A DNA stretch of 56,932 nucleotides, counting the filler, from Circinaria calcarea (Eukaryota): NCBI GenBank assembly GCA_051942165.1. It is 7 parts of 7 records of this genome, joined end to end, with 100 filler letters (N's around TTAATTAATTAA, not from the genome) between each part and the next. Parts side by side here need not be neighbours in the genome. Positions count along the whole stretch, not along the records: positions 1 to 8,079 come from JAVECS010001181.1; positions 8,180 to 16,245 come from JAVECS010001182.1; 5 more parts are not named here. One strand, 5' to 3'. The notes below the pieces were generated by a model. That model was not told the origin of the DNA, made no database searches, and worked only from the letters and a program-made list of their open reading frames with translations. This document shows positions 1 through 10,962 of the stretch, one piece after another (position 1 is the stretch's first letter; each line of letters opens with the position of its first letter). Made by a program: the position numbers and the translations under genes.

Positions 1-1707
1 GGAGATGGGTGGTATTTGGGGGTTCGGTTTTAGTTTGATGGTTCGGGGAGCTGGGGATGGAGGTTCAACGGTCTCTTCTTCATCGTCGTCGTCGTCGTCA
101 CTGACGTCTTTGGGGCTTGCTTCCTCGGGGAGGGGACCCCAGTCCTTGGTGTCATCCATTAGAGGGGAAGCTACGAGCTCGGACGAGGTGGGGGTGGAGA
201 TGCCTATCCAGGAATTGCTGGTGTCGTAGCGAGCATCGACGTGGAGGCGAGTGAGAAACCAGTCGATAGCGGGGGATACGGCTTCGGGGTCCATGTCTCC
301 TTCGATTGGTTTCAGACCTAGGAGATAGAAGGCTCGGTGTTGCGTTGTCTTGGAAGGATCAACCTCGGAGCCATCGATGAATCTGGTAGGCCAGGCACGA
401 GGGGTGAGTGAATGGATCATGTCGTTAAGTTCTGCTTCTGGTTAGCATCGGGCGGAGACCAAAGACACAAAGACTGACTGCTGCCGAAAGTTGATACCTC
501 CAGATCTATCCAAGCGAAGAACTTGGCAATCTCGGTGGTTGACGAGCCCCAGTAGGATATGTCAATTTTTAGATACGAGGGGAAACTGGTAAGGAATCGC
601 TGCGCCGGAGCACAAAGGAAAGGAAGAGTACCAAGCTCCGACTGTTTGGGTTCATTAACGATGCTAGCCCAATCCCAGGTTCCTTTTATATGTTCGAGAG
701 TATCATTCAACTCTGATTTGACGATGTCCAAGGCCAGGTTTGATCTGACGTTACTTGCGTTTACAACAGGGGCATGATGCGTCAATACCGCCATACCTGG
801 ACCGTAAACTCGACGCTCGGGGAGCGTGTTGGCAGGTCTTGAGTCGACAAGGATAACCATTTTCTCGTAATTGAAGTTTGAGTAAATCTGGAAGAATTTT
901 GCCACCAAAAACAGTTCGAGATTTCCTAGCTCAGTAGAGTCACGAAGTGAATAGATCATTGCCAGCATGATTAAGAGCTGTGTCTCGTTTAGATAGCCAA
1001 ATCGGGCCGAGAACAATCCATGGCGTATTGCCCAGACCTTGATAGCAAGATACGATAGTCTGAAACTCTCATGATGCTGTATTATGGATGACAGATACGA
1101 CGTATCTCGAAAGGCATTGGATCTTAGTTTAGCAAGGTATGGCATACCAGGCAGGTCATCTGAAATGTTAATGGAATCAGCCCCCGACCTAAATCTGTCC
1201 TCAGCGTCAGCAAAAATTTGTACTCTTTTGAACGGAAACGGAGATTACTAACCGGGAAACTATTGGGTTCTGATGATATTGCAAATTTAACCTGATTCCA
1301 CTGATGTCAATTTCAAACACGGTGTTTGTGGATTTGTTAGATCTTAGTATTGTTAAGCCATTACTAGCAGCACGCCGTAGTCTCTTATGGGCTATGCTGT
1401 AGAAGATCTTTTCTGATGGGGTCCCTGCGACAGAGCAAATGATCTCTGCACTCGCATCCCAACAACCAAGTCCGTAAGCATCAATAGGAACAAGCATGAG
1501 AGTAACGCCCTGGCTCGTGGATGTATATGCAGTTGGGGACGTCTGTGTTGCCTCATCGTAATCCTCCCCGAGAAGAGCAATCTTGAGTACCTTGAGCGCT
1601 TCTGCAGCCTGAGAGAGTTGCAGTGTTGTGGGTAGAATTCTCTGCTCCTGTAACAGAATTTCAAGTGCATCACCTGAGGAATGGCTTTTGCAGAGAGCAC
1701 CCGCCAT
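1..1707 (-). CDS. Poly(A) polymerase-like nucleotidyltransferase-fold protein, 3'-truncated at contig edge, catalytic residues degenerate
   Basis: Spliced ORFs (introns near 1205-1252 and 432-478) give LVPIDAYGLGCWDASAEIIC, GIRLNLQY, IKVWAIRHGLFSARFGYL (PAP central domain), then RAWPTRF...FYLLGL and an acidic tract running off position 1. Start codon uncertain. Confidence 0.75.
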
Positions 1708-2348
1708 CTTCTGTTTTTGATATCGGTACTGTATAAGGATTTCAATGATTTAAGCACAGAAGTCTGGATTCGCGGTGATTGGGGATGGTCTCAATAGCGA
1801 ACTGGCAAAACCCATGCAACTTTCAGATAGACAGATGGGTCTATATATGCGAACGCAGCTTCACAAGATTTCCTCGAAGGAGCCAAAAGGATGGTTACCT
1901 TAATTAAGCAGGGACGTGTTGGAGTCATCTTAGTGTGAGTCACGCCGCTCGGGCTATGCATAGCTCATTCAAAAAAAGGCAAGGCTCTGTAGAGCAGCTA
2001 ATTCATCTCGAAAGCAACTGATATGGGCCCCTATATGAAAGTATATGGTACAAATCTTGTCTTTGAGGAACGTAAGAAAAAGGGCGGCCGCAACAGCAAA
2101 GGGTCCTTCCTTAGAGGTGACCACTAGGTGTGACTACGTACCAGAGCGAGGACGCATCTTCGACTACTGGTGATACTGCGATTGGGCTGGCAACTCTTCA
2201 AGCTTCCGATCTTTTACGAGTGGGAGCTTACTTCTTTATGACCGGGGGACTTTTCTTACTGGCGGGAGTCGCCATCGGACTTTGCTAAACGCCGAGTGCG
2301 TATGGTACAAACTCCCAAAATCTTGAATGAACCGAACTCCAACATAAC

Positions 2349-3946
2349 ATGGCGCCAAGTCTGTCAACACGCAGCGAGTCGACTGCATCCTCCGACTCCA
2401 ATGATTCTCACTTGGAACTCTACACTGCCTCTTCGAGAAAGCGACGGCGACTCTCAGCTGAAAGCTCAGACGAGGATGTTGTGCGAACTGCATTCCCTAC
2501 CAAGTCCCGCGTCCGGCCTAGAAGTAAGGAAAGGGAAGTAGGAAGCGGGCCCGGAGTTGTACATACTACAGTTAGCAATGGAAAAATCGTGGACGCTAGA
2601 TCAAGTTTTGCTACGCTCAGTGTTGCGCCATGGCTCATTGCCTCTCTGGCCGCCATGGCGATTCAGCGGCCTACTGCAATTCAGAAAGGCTGCATACCAG
2701 ATATATTGGCGGGGAAGGACGTTATAGGGGGCAGCAGAACAGGCTCTGGAAAAACAGTGGCCTTTGCGGTGCCAATTCTGCAGAAATGGGCAGAAGATCC
2801 AATTGCCATCTACGCAGTTATACTGACTCCGACAAGGTAAGCAGACTGGCCCAGGCAAGTGGTGCCATCCACTGAAAGCAATATAGGGAGCTGGCACTAC
2901 AGATATTTGAGCAATTCAAAGCAATATCTGCACCTCAAGCTCTCAAACCTGTTCTTATCACAGGCGGCACAGATATGCGTGCACAAGCGCTTGCTCTCTC
3001 AGCGCGCCCTCACATTGTCATCGCTACCCCTGGCCGGCTTGCTGACCATATTTCCACCTCAGGGCACGATACCATCTCAGGACTCCGGCGTACGCGGGTG
3101 GTGGTCCTTGATGAAGCAGACCGCCTTCTTGCGTCAGGCCCAGGTAGCATGCTGCCAGATGTCGAGACCTGTCTAGCTGCTCTTCCGCCGTCTTCCGAGC
3201 GGCAGACATGCCTATTCACAGCGACGGTGACAGCCGAAGTCATGGCGCTGAAAGAACTCCCTCGTCTGAAGGACAGACCACCGATATCTGTTTGCGAAGT
3301 TGATAGTTCTGCTCTCGCTATTCCTCCTACACTCCATCAAACCTATCTTCAAGTGCCGCTTACATACCGCGAAGCATATTTGCACATTCTACTTCTGACT
3401 CCTCGTAATCTTACCAAGAAGTCGATTATCGTCTTCTGCAATCGTACTGCGACGGCCAATGTACTCGAGCGGCTTCTGCGTGGATTGGATCACCGTGTTA
3501 CTTCGTTGCATTCAACCCTTGCTCAGCATGAGCGCACATCCAATCTCGCGCGATTCAGAGCAAGTGCTGCTCGGATTCTGATTGCCACTGATGTAGCAAG
3601 CCGAGGGTTGGACATTCCAGAGGTGGAGCTTGTGGTAAATTATGATGTCCCTCGAAATCCCGACGACTACGTCCATCGGGTGGGCAGGACAGCACGAGCA
3701 GGTCGGAAAGGGGAAGCTATCACGATGGTTGGACAACGGGATGTAGCATTACTCCTGGAGATCGAAGCGCGGGTGGGCGAGAAGATGACGGAGTTTGAGG
3801 AGAAGGGAGTCAACATCGAGACGAGAGTAGTCCGCGACGGCTTGAAAGCGGTGGGCGAGAAGAAGAGGGAAGTCATCCTTGGGATCGAGGAAGGGCGGGA
3901 CATTAAAGGCAACAGGACGAAAGGGAAGATTAGGCGGCTGGAGTGA
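2349..3946 (+). CDS. DBP8: ATP-dependent DEAD-box RNA helicase (Dbp8/DDX49)
   Basis: Q motif [25 protein letters not shown] across intron 2837-2886 (GTAAGC..TAG), [27 protein letters not shown]. Confidence 0.93.
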
Positions 3947-4201
3947 TTCTGCAGCGGAAATGGATCGCGTGCTCGGGGACTCTTGTACGGTGGTGTTAAC
4001 TGCATAGAGAACATGGAGATGAGGATGCACGCCATACTTTACCATATTTTCTCGGGCGGATGGTTTGGAGCGAGCGTCGCGTAAACAAAGCCTTTCTCAG
4101 CTTCGAGATTGTCTTTCTATCTATAGTCGAGTTAACCAACAAAAATGGAAATGATTGCATGGTTTTCGAAAGTGGTTGCTTCGATTCCGTAGACTTTGCC
4201 A

Positions 4202-4228
4202 CCCGAGCCCGAGCCCGAGCCCGAGCCC
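4202..4228. repeat. (CCCGAG)n hexamer microsatellite
   Basis: About 4.5 tandem copies. Confidence 0.9.
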
Positions 4229-4829
4229 TAAAAGGCATGTATTGACTGACATTCGGTAGAATTTAGGTTTAAACTGGCCAATCTTCAATGTGTTGAGGCC
4301 ACACTACACTCTTAAGCCTTCCCGATCCACCCTTTCAACACACCACTTGCCCGTCACCTTACCATCACCCCAAAATCCCGGGAGATTCACTTCGACGCCG
4401 CGGTGTCGCGTGCGGCGCGCTCGTTGCACATACCTTTTTTCCCCCTGCACTTCCAAAAGACCACTATTACGTTGAGAAAAGGCCCACGACCGGTCGTCTC
4501 ATCAAGGAAATAACCCGAGACCGTTGTATTACTCCAACCTAGACATTCCACATCCTGCTGCTGTGGGAATCTTCAGAGTCTGCTGACCGGTCTCTCCAAC
4601 ACCCACATCTTTGGAGTAAACACGGAAGTGTGACGTACGATTAGACGAGAAATCGGAAACTCGTACCTGCGACTGATTGATTGTCAGCATCAACACAGCC
4701 CTGATAAATCGGAATCGTCAGTTTTGCAACTTCTCCAATAACCGCTTGGACATGAAAATATGGGCATGAAGATACCCATCTAACATTTTTCTCCCAGATA
4801 CTTTCGTCAGTCAGCCATTTTTGCACAAT

Positions 4830-7221
4830 ATGCCGCCATCTGCAAAACGCCGCAGCGCAAGAAAGCGGGAAGCCGTTTCTCGTAAGACTGTCAACACCGA
4901 AGCCGTCAACTCGTCTCCAACTCGCCCGGCGAAGAAACGCAAAGGTCGTGTACGTGTAGGCCCTTTGGAAACCAATCTATCCGTATGCGAAGTCGATGCT
5001 GACATCGGAACAGGCCAGCGGCGCTGTTGCCCCTCTGCCCGAACCAGTGGTCAACGTTGACCGTGAAGATAATGGGGATGCTTCCTCTGATGATACGGCA
5101 GACAATACAGCTGCGATTGATATCACCGACCAGGTCATTCCGCACCTTCTACAAGCCAACTATTCCGTGGTTGTCGGTATCGAGCACTCAAACAATAAGC
5201 CTGGAAGCGATGGCGGGAGCGTCTCAGCTTTCGCGAAAGTTGCTGGAAAAGACTGGACATACTACGTTTTGGAAACGAACATCAACATCGGCCGTCCTCC
5301 GGATGGTGTAGGACGCCAGGGCGCCGAGCACGGAACTCAATCCAGTCCCCCAGAGCAGCTTGACGATCCTGGGAACGTACAAATCGACTTGGGCCCAAGC
5401 AAGCATGTCTCGCGCTCACATGCAGAACTCTTCTACAAATCAGAGGACGAGAAATGGCACATACTGGTCAATGGTCGCAATGGACTGAAGCTGAATGATA
5501 CGATACTGCGCCGAGGTCAACAAATGGCACTCACCAGCGGAGACGTCATTGAAATTGCAGGTACAGAGATGATGTTTGTAACAGCAGACGCTCCAGCGAG
5601 CATCCACGCCAAGTATCTTGCTCGTCTTCAAGAGCCCGTCAAGGACGAGGAACAACATCGGTGGCCAGGTCAGCCACACGCGCATCCAGAAACAATGCCT
5701 GAAGACATGTCATCACGAGGACCGCCTACAACTTGGGCTGCGACCAATGGACAAGCCGCTATTGCTCCAGCACCATACAACTTCGTCCGACAAAGCACAC
5801 CCGTCAACTCGACTGCTATGGCACAAAGTCCCTCTCAAGGGGGGATCAATAGTGGCCCGGCTCATCAACATCATGGAATGATGATGCAGAGCAATGAACA
5901 GATCGACTTTTCATCGGACGCCGTCAAAGACATCAGGCCCAACTGTAGCTATGCCACTTTGATCGGACAAGCTATCTTATCTTCGAAGGATGAATGCATG
6001 TCGCTGCATGATATATATCAATGGATCATGACGAACTTCTCATGGTTCCGATGTCAAGACCCATTATGGCAAGTACCTGAATCAAGCGAGGAGATTGAAA
6101 AGGACCCCGATCGTCAAGCTGCCAAAGCAAAGCAGAAGTCATGGCAGGTATGTTAACAACTCGTACATAAGAAGGCGTTGGTTAACCATCGACTTAGAAC
6201 TCCATTCGCCACAATCTCTCCCTCAATCCAGATTTCTACAAGATTCCCAGACGCACAGATGAACCCGGCAAGGGCATGAAGTGGGCCATTGTAGCGGAAA
6301 AGCGTGATCAAATAAAGCAACAGGGTTTGAGGCTGCAGGCTAGAGGTGGAGCTCGAAAGGCCCCCACTGGGCCCAATACTCCGGCTGCGAAGAAGAGTCC
6401 TACGAGAAAACGCCGAGCTGAAGAGAGCCCCAAGGGCGATGACCTCAGCAGTCAGCAAGCCTTCAAGGCATCACCCACTGCGCAAACTCCACCCTTGAGC
6501 ACCTATCCGCCTACCGCTCGTGAATCGTATACTCCTACTCGAGGTTCTCGAATTTCTGCACTCAGCCACGAAAACGAACAAGCTCTTCCCGTCCTCTCCG
6601 ATGATGCGACACCGCTTCCGGTACGTCCTCGTTATTTGTCGAGCGCCGCCGCAGCTGGTTCTCCGCCTTCGCTTTCCTCAACCACCGCTTATTATGACGA
6701 GCAGAACTCGGGGGGTAATCTGTTTACTCCGGCACCCCAGCGTTACGAGCCTAAGCTTTACGCCCCTAGCACAGCGAAGCTACCGAGCATGTACCTCCCG
6801 CAAAGTAGTCCGGCGCCGTTCTGGAAGTTGAATAGTGAGCTCGGCAGCACGCCCGCCAAATACTTTCCAGAATCAAGTCCCTTGAAAGCTGGCGGTCGAC
6901 TTGAAATTCCACCTGGATTGCAGAGTAGTAGCCCACCGCCACCCTTGGTTGCAAATGGAAGTCCAACCAGAGCAAAGGGCCTATCTGTTGATGTAGCTTC
7001 GAGTAGCCAGCATGTTGTACCTGGTGGTCATTTTGGAACCAAGAGTCAGGGGTTAGGTATTAATCATGGACCTGCTGCTACTGAAGATGATGATGATGCT
7101 CCGATCGACATTCTTGGGTAAGACCATACTTGTACTCTGGCCGCAAATACATACTGACATGAGTTTGGCCAGTGGCTTTCAAAAGATTGGCGACCGGAGA
7201 GTCAGCAACGCTGCGCACTAA
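4830..7221 (+). CDS. FHA + forkhead transcription factor (Fkh1/Fkh2/Sep1 type)
   Basis: FHA domain (AFAKVAGKDWTYYV, IDLGPSKHVSRSHA, GRNG) and forkhead domain (SYATLIGQAIL, WQ|NSIRHNLSLN, EPGKGMKW). Introns near 4950-5012, 6148-6197 and 7118-7172; last exon GFQKIG...AH*. Confidence 0.92.
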
Positions 7222-8079
7222 GCTATTCATGATGTTGTTCCTTGTGGATTCTAACGATGTCGACGATAACTGCCCTTGCATAGTCGGTCTTTTGTATCAA
7301 CGAGAAGCGATATTGGTTCGAGGGATACTCTAACTTCTGAGACCTTCCGCTGCCAAGCCTCAAACCTATTTCGCTTCATACACTTTGGAACGAAACCCTC
7401 CCAAAAGTTCTTGTATCTAGAAAGAGGCCGCCCTATGTTTCATGTATCACCACTATCTGAACATCCTTTTTTATTCCTTCGGCCCCTCTTACCTGTCCTT
7501 TGCCTAACTTTTCATTTCCGTGCTTGGACTTTTGTTACCCTGGCGTTTATTGGGCATGGGATAGAATGGGGGGAGGACTATGAACCAAAACAGTTTCTTA
7601 GAGAAAGGAAAAAGAGAGAAAACCCCTCTTGCGGTTCGGGCGAGGTGGATATCCTGTCTTTTTGCTTTTTACCCTTGCTCTTGCTTCTGCAACGGTCGAG
7701 GGCTCGTCTGTTTTCCTTTTTCATCTGCACACCACTGGCTCTAGACTCTAGCTCTACCTAGCTCATGTATGTCTGCCTGTGCTCATGCCTATGCCTGTGT
7801 CTTGTATCCTTGGTCCTACTTGAAGAAGCCACGAAGTATGGGAGGGGAAGGGGGGGAGGTTACTTATTTTGGTAAAAACCAGACCTAGGATAGATGGCCG
7901 TTTCCTCCGTATCCCATAGACATGGACGTAGACGTAGACGTAGCCAATTGGGCAAAGTGCATAGGCCTAGGCATAGAAGAGGAAGAAGAAGAAATCCCAA
8001 TCTACCATCCTAATTTTACATTCTTTTTTTCTTTTTACTTCGCGGACAAAATGAATGAAGTGGGCTTACCATATGGGGG

Positions 8080-8179
8080 NNNNNNNNNNNNNNNNNNNNN
8101 NNNNNNNNNNNNNNNNNNNNNNNTTAATTAATTAANNNNNNNNNNNNNNNNNNNNNNNNNNNNNNNNNNNNNNNNNNNN
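8080..8179. other. Artificial contig spacer
   Basis: 44 N + TTAATTAATTAA (stops in all six frames) + 44 N. Confidence 0.99.
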
Positions 8180-8336
8180 AGGGTAGAGTGTACAGGGTAC
8201 AGGATAACTGTTATATGTTAGTAGTATTATATAAGAAATACGTGCAGTTTCGGCAAATATAAACGGCACGTTCGTAAATATAGGGTTCGCTTTATTTATA
8301 GCTCAACAGCTTTTTCTTCCTTTTTCGTGCTATGCA

Positions 8337-9911
8337 CTAAGCATGCACTATCGTGGGAAAATGCTGATCAGTATGCTCAAACCACCAGCGAGAACCCACT
8401 ATCAGAATGCCGGCTTCGTTTAAACGCTCTTGAGGACCGATAATTGAGACCCGAACGCCGTTCTGGACGTGTCTGGTTACTTTGACGCTGCATCCCGTTT
8501 TGTGTTCTATTTCTTTGAGCTTCTGGCCTCCTTGGAGAAGCTCCACCACCCCTGGGATTAGGTATTTGAGGGAGGCGCTGGTAGTGACGAACTGAAGTAC
8601 TCCGTAATTATGTAGGGAGGTGAGTCTTGCAAGCGACCAATTGAATGGGGGCTGGGCCACGAACTGCTTAACGGCCGCTTTGATGATTTCGATTAGCTTG
8701 TCCATGTTCTGTTCATCCTGCATGCACTCCTTGGTTAATATGTTGTCGCATCCTTCGAGATTGATGATCTGTGCGAGGGGGATGTTAGCGTTCTGCTTCT
8801 GGATATCTTCTCGCATTTTATTGATTTGATCGACGTATGTGTCAAAAGATAGGATGTATTGGTAGGTCGTAAGATCGCTTTTGGAGAAGGAGAAGCGACC
8901 GTAGCTATTCATTAGTTCTCTTACCCGAGACACCTCAGTGACTTTGCCTAGAGGTAGTTCATAGGGTGAGATGAGCTTGTCGATTCCTTTCAGAAGGACC
9001 GCCCGTTCCTGAGTCGTCAAGCGCGCATGGCCTTTGAAGCCGGCAGACTCGACCCTTTTGAAGAGCCAGCGACCTAAGTGAGGAGATCGAATGGCCATAA
9101 AGACTCGTATTACTTCCAGATACGTCTGAGCGAGAACGGAACGAACTGTACGGATATCAGTGGGGCCAAAACAAGTCAAGATACCAGTAGACTACTCACC
9201 TCCATGATAACCGTCTGCGCATAGGATCCTGCACCCATCTGCAGCAAGAGTTTGCAAGGGATTGTTGTTTTGCGGCATTACCTTTGGGCTTGGACGTGGC
9301 TGCCCCGAAAGCTCCTGACTGGCTTTGAGTCGGGCGGCCTTCGCCTGTTTGCTTGGTACTCCAAGTTTCTTGAGCTCCGTCTCCATCTGATCAAGAATCT
9401 GTTCTTGATCCTTTACGGTCACAGAGCTTGCCTGAGCCACTGGTCGCTCTGCCAAAATATCCAGCACTTTCTCCATTTGACGAAATATCTTCTTTTCCTG
9501 AGCTTTGGTCTGACGTCCTTGGGCATTATTCCTCACTTGCTTGTGGATAGCGTCTAATTTTGTTTGAATGACGTCGTGAGCTTCCATGTTAAGTAAAGAC
9601 AACATGCTCTCGAAGATCTCAGTAAATCTACGGAATTTGCCTTTGAGATCCTGAAGCTTGTTCTTATCCAAGATGGCATATCTCATCCTACCCATCAGTA
9701 GATAAGCATCTCCAGCCGCTGTACCAGAGATCCCTAAGCTATGCCGTATCCGGTTAGATGCCGCAGCATGCCCCCTAATTTTCAATAATTGATTATTATA
9801 GAATAACGAGAGCAATTGTGGTATGGCGCCAGCACCATGACATGTACTAGGCCAGGAAAAGACTAGCCCCGGAAAGGAATAACCAGACAACCGGTTGCTC
9901 AGTATGCTCAT
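8337..9911 (-). CDS. Orphan multidomain protein: helical/coiled-coil N-terminus + LMW-PTP-like domain + C-terminal KH-like domain
   Basis: Intron 9146-9199 (GTGAGT..CTGAT..CAG) joins ORFs 9192-10043 and 8337-9179 in frame: RILCADGYHG|VRSVLAQTYL...RVESAG...YQYILSFD; C-terminus LLQGGQKLKEIEHKTGCSVKV...VSIIGPQERLNEAGILI. Start codon uncertain. Confidence 0.65.
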
Positions 9912-10561
9912 GGAGGTGAGCAAGGTGAGCACGGAAGGTTGCTCAATATGTTCATGAAATGAGCACAGGTGACAAGACCTTATATATAATAAATTATTTC
10001 CGCTCTTTAGAATAGTATGCTTATTGAACCATAACGAGTTCAATGTACTCCTTTTATATTAAGCCTAGGGCAACAGTTCAACTACACCCTATGTAACCGT
10101 GCTATTACCAGTCGGGACTTATCATATTCCTCAATAGGCCCCAAGGATTGCAGCGCCCTTACAGGTAAGGATAACACAGGAAACCGAGCATCACGAAAGC
10201 CCCACCGCCACGTGCACAAAGAAAAAAATCTTTTCTTTAGAGCGCTATTCTACCTAACCTAACCTAATTTCTCCCCAAGCTAAAAAAAAACCCCCCGGAT
10301 CAGACAACGGGATCTGTGCTGCCGTTCCTGCTCCTGCTCCTGCTCCTGCTCCTGGGATGAAGAGAGAGAGAAAGAGAGACAGCTTTAGGAAGTAGTGTAG
10401 TACTGTAATAGCGTAGTAGCGAGGGGAAGGTAGTGCCAGACAAAATAAAGGAAAGGGGGTGTAGGAGTGGGAAGGGGAAGGGAAAAGGGAAAAAAGGCAG
10501 TGACCAAAGCTGTGACTGAGCTTTTTTCCCATTTTCCAATGTTCGGAACGCGAGGGTACAT

Positions 10562-10584
10562 AGCACAGGCATAGGCATAGGCAT

Positions 10585-10628
<44 letters not shown>
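10562..10628. repeat. (GGCACA/GGCATA)n hexamer microsatellite
   Basis: About 11 tandem hexamers; a (CCTGCT)n run also lies near 10327-10353. Confidence 0.9.
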
Positions 10629-10629
<1 letters not shown>

Positions 10630-10962
10630 AAAAAAAGTCTATTCTTTTAATCCTTTTTTTCCCCTCTGTTGTCGTCGTCCTTTTTTTCTCGTGCAACTGG
10701 GGTAGATAAGCCAGCCAGCCTTTGAATTTTAAATTTGAGCAAAATTTTTTTATCCATCTCTCCCCCAATCCGACATCTGCAATACGTCCCCCCATTCTAT
10801 TTCAAGGATACCTTTTATTTCTCTCCAAGGAGCCAAGCACACGAAAAAAAAAACGCTCTTTGCGTCTTTCACTGTCCACAACTTCTACGCTCCACACCTC
10901 TCAATCCCAAGTACCAATCCCAAACCTACTAACCCCAGCACCAAACCTACCAATCCCAGACA

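Noticed and set aside
7276..7761. 161-aa ORF after the forkhead gene
   Set aside because: TTG start in pyrimidine-rich 3' UTR-like sequence; the real gene ends at 7221.
8191..10175. Imperfect direct repeat (TACAGGGTACAGGATAAC at 8191; TACAGGTAAGGATAAC at 10160) flanking the LMW-PTP/KH gene
   Set aside because: Needs two indels in 18 nt and one copy abuts the contig edge; too weak to call an insertion boundary.
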